Of a stretch of 32,000 nucleotides of DNA, positions 8,059 to 16,264 are shown piece after piece (position 1 is the first letter of the stretch; each line of letters opens with the position of its first letter). The position numbers and the translations under genes are program-made. This DNA is from Candidatus Heimdallarchaeota archaeon. Lineage in GTDB: Archaea > Asgardarchaeota > Heimdallarchaeia > JABLTI01. The DNA is taken from the NCBI GenBank assembly GCA_030614005.1, contig JAUWKS010000001.1:141056-173055 (forward strand), written 5' to 3'. Below the pieces are notes generated by a model, which had not been told where the DNA came from, searched no databases, and saw nothing but the letters and a program-made list of their open reading frames with translations.

Positions 8059-9663
8059 GTGAAAATCTCTTCGGATTTCTTGGTTATTGGTTCTGGAATT
8101 AGCGGATTATCATTCGCTTTGAAAGCTGCAAAATATGGAACAGTATCTTTACTTAGTAAAGATAAAATAAACGAAGGTTCAACCCTTTATGCTCAAGGAG
8201 GTATTGCCACTGTTTTTGATGAGAAGGATTCTTTCAAAGAACATGTCAAAGACACTCTTTCTGCGGGAGCAGGTTTGTGTAGATCAGATATTGTTGAAGA
8301 AATTGTTTTAGCAGGACCCAAGCTTGTTCAGGAATTAATTGATAACTATAATGTTAAATTTTCTGAAGCGAATGGGAAATTTGATCTTGGTTTAGAAGGT
8401 GGACACTCGAAAAGACGAGTTCTCCATGCAGCAGATAGAACTGGTTTTGAAATTGAATCGAAAATGGTTGAAGCAGCTCGCAAAGAATCAAATATAACTT
8501 TTTATGAAGATCATGTAGCAATCAATTTGTTTGTTGACAACAACATTTGTATCGGCGCATATGTTCTAGAAAAAAGCAAGGGTGAAATTATTAATTTTCA
8601 AGCAAAAGTTACCACTTTAGCTACAGGCGGAGCAGGTAAGGTTTTTCTTGTTACTAGCAATCCAGATATCATCACAGGTGACGGAATAGCTATGGCCTAT
8701 CGTGCTGGAGCATCAATAATCAACATGGAAATGGTGCAATTCCATCCAACGTGTCTATATCATCCTCATGCAAAAACATTTCTCATCACAGAAGCAATGC
8801 GTGGTGAAGGAGCGAAACTTATTGATGTTAATGGCAACCAATTTATGAACAAATATCACCCAAAGAAAGAGCTTGCTCCGAGGGATGTTGTTTCTCGTTC
8901 AATTGATGCCGAATTAAAAATATCAGGTGCAGACAGTGTTTTTCTGGACATTACCCACAAAAATTCAGATTTCATTAAAAAGAGATTTCCTATGATTTAT
9001 GAAAAATGTCTGTCACATGGGATTGATATTACTGAGCAACCTATCCCAGTAATTCCTGCAGCTCACTATTCTATTGGTGGAGTAAAAGCGTCTACATCGG
9101 GTCAAACTTCAATAAAAAATCTTTTAGCTATTGGTGAAGTATCTTGTACTGGATTCAACGGTGCGAATAGATTAGCTAGTAATTCCCTCTTAGAGGGTCT
9201 CGTTGTTGGTGACAAAGCAGCAAAATATGCAGCCAGTTTAATGATGAGCAATGATACAGTTAAGAAACAACCATTTCCCTATTGGGATCCTGGCATGGCT
9301 GAAGACCCAGATGAAATGGTTATTGTTAAACAGAACTGGGAAGAAATTAGAAGATTTATGTGGAATTACGTCGGTATTGTTCGTTCAAATAATAGATTGA
9401 TTCGTGCAGGCAACAGACTCGAGATGGTTATGAAGGAAATAAACCAATTTTATTGGGACTTCAAAATACACCCATCTCTTCTTGATCTTAGAAATCTCGC
9501 TCAAGTAGCTGAACTAATCATTCGTTGTGCAAAAGGTCGAATGGAAAGTCGTGGAGTTCACTATTCTCTTGATTATCCTGAAAAAGGAAAAACACCTTAT
9601 AACACTGAATTACAGATTTCAATGGTAGATCGAGTACCACTAAATGATAATCTCTATGATTAA
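8059..9663 (+). CDS. nadB: L-aspartate oxidase
   Basis: FAD motif VIGSGISGL, STLYAQGGIA, EGGHSKRRVLH, QFHPT, LITEAMRGEG, ELAPRDVV, PAAHYSIGG, GANRLASNSLLE and ESRGVHY. GTG 8059 follows an AGAGG RBS. Confidence 0.95.
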   Translation: MKISSDFLVIGSGISGLSFALKAAKYGTVSLLSKDKINEGSTLYAQGGIATVFDEKDSFKEHVKDTLSAGAGLCRSDIVEEIVLAGPKLVQELIDNYNVKFSEANGKFDLGLEGGHSKRRVLHAADRTGFEIESKMVEAARKESNITFYEDHVAINLFVDNNICIGAYVLEKSKGEIINFQAKVTTLATGGAGKVFLVTSNPDIITGDGIAMAYRAGASIINMEMVQFHPTCLYHPHAKTFLITEAMRGEGAKLIDVNGNQFMNKYHPKKELAPRDVVSRSIDAELKISGADSVFLDITHKNSDFIKKRFPMIYEKCLSHGIDITEQPIPVIPAAHYSIGGVKASTSGQTSIKNLLAIGEVSCTGFNGANRLASNSLLEGLVVGDKAAKYAASLMMSNDTVKKQPFPYWDPGMAEDPDEMVIVKQNWEEIRRFMWNYVGIVRSNNRLIRAGNRLEMVMKEINQFYWDFKIHPSLLDLRNLAQVAELIIRCAKGRMESRGVHYSLDYPEKGKTPYNTELQISMVDRVPLNDNLYD

Positions 9664-9681
9664 TCAAAGAAAAAAGGGTTT

Positions 9682-10561
9682 TTACATTCCCTTTATTTCT
9701 TCATAAAATTGTGAAATCTCATTACAAAATTCTTCTGGTAAAAGTAGACAAGTATACGCGTGCACTGAACCCTTGAGAGTGACTTTCTTAGTATATTTCT
9801 TTTCTTTAGCATAATTTTCGAGATTTCGTAAAACTATTTCATTATCTTGTTCTTTTTCATCAGGCAACCAAAGAATTGGACAATTGAATTTTTTATAATA
9901 ATCAGCAAAGGTCACATCGTACAATGGCTCAATATAGGACCAAATCTCTTCTGGTGATTGTGGACCTGTGAATCGTCCATCCTCTGTTTCCATTATTTCA
10001 TCTTCAGTTGCAATACGTACAACATCAGACCATGGAAAGTGTTTCTCCCAACCTTTTTTATTTTCAGTCATGTAGTCTTCTCTGGAATCATAATATTTTC
10101 GAGGTCGAGATAAAATTCGTTCTTTCAATTCAGTCATGGCTTTTTCGATTGCTTCTTTTGTTAGCACTTGATCTTTACTATCGAGTCCCACAATATCATA
10201 TAAACCCCCATCGAGTACTAAAGAAACAACACGGTCAGGATAGTTTGCAGCAAAACTAATAGCTACATCTGCACCCATTGAACAACCCACTAGATGAGCT
10301 TTTTCTACTTTTAGCTGATCCATTATGCTTGCTAAATCCTTTGCCATATCGTCAAGGTGACATTCATCCAAAGGTTTGTCAGTGTGTCCATGACACCTTA
10401 AATCTTGAGCAATAATATTATAATCCTCTTTAAAATGAGGGATAACACCATTCCAAATACCCAACGTTGCTCCACCATAATGGAGAAATACAATTGTTTC
10501 TTTTCCTTCATTTTTGAATTCTAATTTCTATTCCATTGGCTTTTATTTTTGAAATTGTCAT
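9682..10561 (-). pseudogene. Alpha/beta-fold hydrolase with a one-base frameshift near the N-terminus (pseudogene or assembly indel)
   Basis: ATG at 10561 gives MTISKIKANGIEI, and that frame then stops. The continuation EFKNEGKETIVFLHYGG (from 10521) is one base out of phase and runs into the 9682..10464 ORF, which has the GCSMG nucleophile elbow, AQDLRCHG and a C-terminal His (SVH). The span is 880 nt = 3n+1. Confidence 0.75.
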
Positions 10562-10672
10562 ATTAACACATCAATAAGTTATTTATTGTATGAAAATAAT
10601 AAAAAAAGGAAGAGAATAAATACTTTCTGATAGAAAGGTAAAATTGATTCTCATCTGCGAGAGAAAAGATAC

Positions 10673-11506
10673 TCATTTTGAAGCAATTATTTCGTACCAT
10701 TTCTTTAGGGATAGCTCTTTCCATTGGGGTCTTCGCGGTGGATAATAAAAAATCTTATCGGCCTCCAAAATTATCTCTTCTTCGGACTTTCCTTCCGCAA
10801 TCAATTCTCTAAAAAGATCAACCACCTTTTTTAGGTAAACATAAAACTCTTGGATTTTGTTTTTACTTGAAACAGATCCATGACCAGGTAAGTAATAATC
10901 AATATCAAGTGAAATATATTCTTCAAGTGCAGCAAGCCATGTTTCAGGATTAGCAGTAGGATCTCCACCCCATGGAAAACTATCTATAAACAAATTATCC
11001 CCTGCAGTTAGTGACTTATAATTAGGACAATAAACATAAGATGAACCTTCAGTATGTCCACCGGTTCGTTTGAAAATTACTTTGACATCTCCATCTGTAA
11101 TTTCCATTTGGTCATCAAATGTTTCAGTAGGCAGAACGATTTCTAATCCTTCAAGAGTTGAAGGATCTTCAGCATTTTTTATCATCTCAGCTATTTTATC
11201 AGGAGCCCAATTTGTTTTCAAACTTTCTTTCATTCTTTCTTCTGTATGTTTTGAAGAAATGATTTTACAATCTTTAAACACTTGATTACCAAATATATGA
11301 TCACCGTGTGTATGAGTAATTAAAAGATAGGTTGTTTTTTTACCTGTTTCTTTCTCAAGTTTTTCTCTAAATTCTTTTACTAAAGGAATATTCATACCTG
11401 AATCTATGAAGATTATTTGATTCGGTAAAACATAAGCAGCAACATTTCCACGTGTGCTTCCATCAGAAATTGAATAAACATTCTCAACGATTTTTTCTAT
11501 TGGCAT
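10673..11506 (-). CDS. Metallo-beta-lactamase fold hydrolase
   Basis: THTHGDH, GGHTEGS, AGDNLF and LPGHG motifs. Confidence 0.92.
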   Translation of the reverse strand: MPIEKIVENVYSISDGSTRGNVAAYVLPNQIIFIDSGMNIPLVKEFREKLEKETGKKTTYLLITHTHGDHIFGNQVFKDCKIISSKHTEERMKESLKTNWAPDKIAEMIKNAEDPSTLEGLEIVLPTETFDDQMEITDGDVKVIFKRTGGHTEGSSYVYCPNYKSLTAGDNLFIDSFPWGGDPTANPETWLAALEEYISLDIDYYLPGHGSVSSKNKIQEFYVYLKKVVDLFRELIAEGKSEEEIILEADKIFYYPPRRPQWKELSLKKWYEIIASK

Positions 11507-11905
11507 CTTTTACACATCTTTCACTTGTTTTTATCTACTATTTGTTAGTTTTTGTGAATATAATATTTTTCTGCTTGTTAAATTACCATTTGAAAATCAA
11601 TATTCAGTCTAGGTTATCAACAATATACAATAAGTATGAGATTCTTTTTCAAAGTTAAAACAATATTTCGGGAACTAGAAACCATTCCAATTCTCATCTG
11701 CTAACCAAACATCCATTAAATGATAATACTAGCTAAAGAATTGAGCTTATACCCTATAACTTTGTTGCTCTTTGAAAAGTCAGCTAATTTCCTCTTTAAT
11801 ATACTATTTAGTTCATTTATCAAAGAATCATCGAATACTTTCGGTTATCTCTCTCTAGATTATCTACTTATCTTAAAACTACACTTTAATAAAATAGTGA
11901 GCAAT

Positions 11906-12076
11906 ATGATTACTCAAATTACTAACTTTAAATGCCCAGGTTGCCTTAACGGTCACCTTACACAAGTAGATCGAATGATTCGATGCACATGTGGTTGGTG
12001 GGCATATGCAGAAGAAGAAAATGAAGAAGAAATATCAATACAGAGTGTAGAATTTATACCTGTTGTTGCTTCATAA
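11906..12076 (+). CDS. Small zinc-ribbon protein (56 aa) with acidic C-terminal part
   Basis: CPGC...CTCG cysteine pairs followed by EEENEEE. ATG 11906 follows a GTGAG RBS-like sequence; the upstream part of the 11720 ORF looks non-coding. Confidence 0.6.
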   Translation: MITQITNFKCPGCLNGHLTQVDRMIRCTCGWWAYAEEENEEEISIQSVEFIPVVAS

Positions 12077-12354
12077 TCTCTCGAGATACTAATTATGAAA
12101 TGGTTATATTGCTTTTCTTCAACTCTGAAAAGCTTTTTCTATTTTTTATTATCCTAATTTACTTCAATCATTCTCTTTTCTAAGAGAAAAAAAGTTCATT
12201 TTGGTAAAGGTTGGTTTATTCCGATAAATTTAATAGGTAATATTGTGAATCTAATTTAATTTCAAAAAATAATAATTATGTATTGATTATGGTAAAATAT
12301 AATAATGTGTCTAAATCACAATATCAAAATCTCATAGGAAGAGGTGCAAACAAA

Positions 12355-12621
12355 ATGGAATTTTGTGAAAAATGTTCAAATCTTATGAAGCCACTCCGGG
12401 AAGACAAAGTCAGTTATCTTGTCTGTTCGAATTGTGATAATAAGATTAAGGTCAATAAAACCAAAACTAAAGCTTATACAATTACACGAGAAATTAAACA
12501 TTCTCCTAAGGACAAGCTCGAAGTTACTGAGAAACGTCCATTAAAAGCTTTAACAGATGAAGAGAGAGAAGAGTTAGAAGATTCGTATGGGGATATGCTT
12601 GAACAAATGGATGTTGATTAA
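12355..12621 (+). CDS. TFS/RpoM-like protein with N-terminal zinc ribbon only and an acidic C-terminal helix (88 aa)
   Basis: MEFCEKCSNLM...LVCSNC matches the RPB9/RPA12/RPC11/TFS N-ribbon. There is no second Zn ribbon. GAGGTG RBS at 12341-12346. Confidence 0.8.
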   Translation: MEFCEKCSNLMKPLREDKVSYLVCSNCDNKIKVNKTKTKAYTITREIKHSPKDKLEVTEKRPLKALTDEEREELEDSYGDMLEQMDVD

Positions 12622-12728
12622 AAGTTAATTATACTTTAATTAACCATTTTCTCTTTTCAATTCTCACCTTTCTTTACCTTAGAATAACTATCGTTTGATT
12701 TTTAATTTAGAATATTCCTAACTAAGCT

Positions 12729-13922
12729 ATGAATAATACAATTCTAGCTGAGATTTTAGTGCGATATGGGGAGCTTGCTTTAAAGAGTCGTCCTGTTAGA
12801 AAATTCCTAGAAGCACGTTTAGTTAGAAACATAGTTAGAACGCTCAAAAATAATAATATTCATACTGATAAATTCAAAGTAGTAAATCATCGATCATGGG
12901 GAAGAATAATTGTTAGCTTATATAATTGGGATTATGCCCCTTTTGGTGATTATCAAGATAAAGAGCTTGAAGAAAGAGTAGTTTTCATTTTAGCACATCT
13001 TGTTAGTGGCATCACTTCTGTTAGTGCTTCTCATAAAATCAGTTCAGAACTCGAAGAAATTTTGGAATTTACTGTCAAATATTCATCCGAAAAATTACAA
13101 CCTTCTTCATCATTTGCTGTTCGAGTCAAACGAAACGGCAAACACCCATATTCCTCCAATGAGTTAGCAGGGAAGATTGGAGAAAAAATACTAGACACAA
13201 TTGGAAAAGAAAAGCAGCTTACTGTTAATTTAACAAATCCTGACTTTACACTTTCTCTAGAAGTAAAAGATGAATATGCTTTTATTTTTCATCAGAAAGA
13301 GATAGGCATTGGTGGTTTTCCCCAAGGATCACAAGGGAAAGTAGCGTCTATTTTAAGAGGGTCAGTAGAAGATGCAATTGCAGGATTTCTTTTGTGCAAA
13401 CGTGGATCCATTTCAATTCCAATTATATTTGAGCGAAAAGAGAAAGAAAGCTTTTCATCAAATTCAACAATGCTTGAAAAACATCTAGAATTGTATAGAA
13501 ATTTTCAACCTCTAAAAGAACATGTCCATTTCAAAGTTGATTTCGATGAAATATTAAAAGCAATCGGATTTAATAGACTACAATGCTCTACTTGTGATAA
13601 GGTCTGTATTGGTGTTACTGAAAGAATAATCAAAAATCAACATAAAGATGGCATTACATTAGGAAATTCCTCTGATGCTATTTTACTCAGAAATCCTGAG
13701 AAAAATTTCGCCACAGATTTTATTCCTATATACTATTCTCTCATTGCTCTTGACATCAAGGAACTTTTTCACCCATTTTCTAATGAAATGAAAAATAGTT
13801 TTTGCCTTGAGTATTGCCCTGGTTTTAAGAATCAAAAAAAGAATGAAATTGAACCACCATCTCCAGAGGAACTCTCTGAGATTGTGGCCAATGCAAATTA
13901 TACTATGGTTAAAAACCAATAG
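12729..13922 (+). CDS. thiI: ThiI-like THUMP-domain protein with degenerate PP-loop
   Basis: ILVRYGELALKSRPVR N-terminus; THUMP segment SFAVRVKR...VNLTNPD; GIGGFPQGSQGKV. The SGGxDS motif is replaced by RGSVED ahead of the conserved KRG. Confidence 0.75.
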   Translation: MNNTILAEILVRYGELALKSRPVRKFLEARLVRNIVRTLKNNNIHTDKFKVVNHRSWGRIIVSLYNWDYAPFGDYQDKELEERVVFILAHLVSGITSVSASHKISSELEEILEFTVKYSSEKLQPSSSFAVRVKRNGKHPYSSNELAGKIGEKILDTIGKEKQLTVNLTNPDFTLSLEVKDEYAFIFHQKEIGIGGFPQGSQGKVASILRGSVEDAIAGFLLCKRGSISIPIIFERKEKESFSSNSTMLEKHLELYRNFQPLKEHVHFKVDFDEILKAIGFNRLQCSTCDKVCIGVTERIIKNQHKDGITLGNSSDAILLRNPEKNFATDFIPIYYSLIALDIKELFHPFSNEMKNSFCLEYCPGFKNQKKNEIEPPSPEELSEIVANANYTMVKNQ

Positions 13923-13949
13923 CACGTCATTAGTTAGTTTGTTTGTTTG

Positions 13950-14186
13950 TTATGTAACGATTATTGGAGAAGGTATTTGATATATTCTCAATCGTCTGTC
14001 TTTTCCATCGCTTACTCTTATAACAAGACCTTTCTTCAATAACGAATCAAGTGCATAACCAAGTGTTCTATCTGGAAGATTTGTTTCATCCAATATACGA
14101 TATCGTGCCATTGGCCCTTTTCGTTCTAGAACGTAAAAAACAAAGTTCGCACTAGGAGGTAGTGTTTTAAGAATGTAGGCAAACAT
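13950..14186 (-). CDS. Small winged helix-turn-helix (MarR-like) transcription regulator
   Basis: LPPSANFVFYVL...ETNLPDRTLGYALDSLLKKGLV...DGKDRRLRIY is an archaeal wHTH pattern. Confidence 0.85.
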   Translation of the reverse strand: MFAYILKTLPPSANFVFYVLERKGPMARYRILDETNLPDRTLGYALDSLLKKGLVIRVSDGKDRRLRIYQIPSPIIVT

Positions 14187-14294
14187 GATTCCTCATCATA
14201 GCTGTATACTCCTAGTTAGTATTAGTTAATCTAAAGATTTAGACCTCCTTATTAAAAGATTTTCTAAAATCCAACAGAAAAAAGTTGCTATGAA

Positions 14295-16151
14295 TCATTT
14301 CTTTGATAATAAAATTTGGAATAAATCATCAAATTTGCCTAGCTCTTCTTTGAAATTTTCAAAGCTATACTTATCAGTGAAGTTGTCCACAGAACCAGAT
14401 ACGCAAGTTATTTTCTTCTTGGCAATATTTTCTAGATTTAATAATGTATCAGGTAAAACAGTAAATGATTCTCCCAAAAGAACAGGTGAGATGTTTTTCC
14501 CTAAAAGTATTTCAGCATAGTTCTCTATCTCCGGATGATTACCTAATGCCTCTTCTGAAGTATAAAATGATACAATAGCTGTTTTTTCCATTATCTGTTT
14601 GTTGAATTCTAGGAAAACATGACTTATCATATCTGATACTCCTTTTTCAAAAAGATTAGTCATATTGCCATAGGAGATAAAAGAATATTGATTATCCTTT
14701 TGTGAAAGAGTTGCATGTACTTCAGCTAATCTGGTCATACAAAAAAGCTTGCCAATTAAATGACCAAGTATTTTGAAATAATCAAACGAGCGTGATACAT
14801 TTCTTATGGCTTCTTCATAGTTACCTTGCTTTCGGTTAATCTCAGATAATGCACTGTAATATAGGGCATTTAGCTTGGGAGGAACTGGAGCAACCATTTC
14901 CTTTATTCCTCTGTTCAAAAAAAGTTCAGCCCGGGTTATCCTACCAATTAATGCACAGATCCAAGCGCTAAGCAAATTTATTTCAGACATTTTCAATTTA
15001 TTTTTATTTGCTTGGTAAATTTTACTTGCTTTTCTAGCAAACTTAAGTGATCGTAACAAAGAACCTCGATAGTCATCATCTCTGAAAGTATAGGCAGGAT
15101 AAGCCATCATTAGATATAATTCAGATTTTGCATGAGCTAATCTTCCTCTCAGATTAGCAACTGGTTCAGCAAGTGTAAATTCCTCTTCAATAATTCGTTC
15201 AATGTTTTCGTAGATGCCTAATGCCTTGTAAAACCAACCTTGCTGTGAATAAATAAATCCTAAATCGAATAGACCATCTACATGTAATTTTCTCATTAAA
15301 ATTGATTTACGAGTTCCTAAGCGCAGATACTTTATACCACGATTCAAATATTCTTCAGCAAGTGGTAATTTGTTATATGATACAAGATAACGAGCAGAAA
15401 TAAGCAAAATCATTGCCATTAAATTCATAATATCTTTTCTTTTATTTGAAGCAGCAATTTTGATACTTAAATTAAGATAATTCTTTAGATCTTCCAAAGA
15501 AATTTCAGGTGTAGTCTCGAGTTCAAGCAAACTAACAATTTCAAGTAATTCTACATCAATTTGATAATGGTCATTGAAATTATGTTTTGATGCATTATTC
15601 TTAATTACTTCAACGATGTTAAGAGTGTATTTTGGATTGATATTTAACCAAAACCAACCAAAACGAATCAAAACCATGAACAAGGATCTGTTTCCAGTTG
15701 CTTTTTCTTTTGAGGAACTTAACCGTTTAATAGAATCATTAGTAACAATTGTCAGTATTGTACTGTCAGTTATTTTAATGGGATGTAAATTCACTTCTTT
15801 ACAAATTTCAATTATTCGATCTTCTGACGCAGGTTCAAACCTATCAGTACCAATGATAATGAACCTTTGAGCAGAAATTTTCTCATTTATTTCTGAGACA
15901 AAATCTTTTCTAAAAAGAATCTCATTATCAGCTGTTATTTCAAGAGATGAAGCAAAAGTTGCTATCCAACCTTTCTCCTCTGCAATGCGAACATGATAGA
16001 GGATATTTTGTCGACTCATTTCTGTTGGAAAGACTTTTTCCGCTATATATCGAATGTGCTGTGTATTTGCAACACCAAGATATTTGACACAGGTGGCAAT
16101 AAATCTTGACCAGAAAAATTTAGTCCTTGATGCAAATACCATATGTTTCAC
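14295..16151 (-). CDS. TPR-repeat protein of unknown function with N- and C-terminal alpha/beta domains
   Basis: Central helical repeats (LFDLGFIYSQQGWFYKALGIYE; ALSEINRKQGNYEEAIRNVSRS). The terminal domains were not recognised. GTG 16151 or ATG 16142. Confidence 0.65.
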   Translation of the reverse strand: MKHMVFASRTKFFWSRFIATCVKYLGVANTQHIRYIAEKVFPTEMSRQNILYHVRIAEEKGWIATFASSLEITADNEILFRKDFVSEINEKISAQRFIIIGTDRFEPASEDRIIEICKEVNLHPIKITDSTILTIVTNDSIKRLSSSKEKATGNRSLFMVLIRFGWFWLNINPKYTLNIVEVIKNNASKHNFNDHYQIDVELLEIVSLLELETTPEISLEDLKNYLNLSIKIAASNKRKDIMNLMAMILLISARYLVSYNKLPLAEEYLNRGIKYLRLGTRKSILMRKLHVDGLFDLGFIYSQQGWFYKALGIYENIERIIEEEFTLAEPVANLRGRLAHAKSELYLMMAYPAYTFRDDDYRGSLLRSLKFARKASKIYQANKNKLKMSEINLLSAWICALIGRITRAELFLNRGIKEMVAPVPPKLNALYYSALSEINRKQGNYEEAIRNVSRSFDYFKILGHLIGKLFCMTRLAEVHATLSQKDNQYSFISYGNMTNLFEKGVSDMISHVFLEFNKQIMEKTAIVSFYTSEEALGNHPEIENYAEILLGKNISPVLLGESFTVLPDTLLNLENIAKKKITCVSGSVDNFTDKYSFENFKEELGKFDDLFQILLSKK

Positions 16152-16264
16152 TACCCAATTTTGACAATCTAGTATTAATATGGAATATGAAAGTTAGTTA
16201 GTATTTCATACTACGTGTTATTAATTTAACGTCCTAACTCCATATTAAACCATTTTATTCAAAA

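Noticed and set aside
11720-11905. N-terminal extension of the 118-aa ORF
   Set aside because: It has low-complexity AT-rich intergenic character; the real protein probably starts at ATG 11906.
12283-12354. N-terminal extension of the TFS-like ORF (and similarly 6389-6472 for FKBP and 8014-8058 for nadB)
   Set aside because: Family homology and RBS positions indicate downstream starts.
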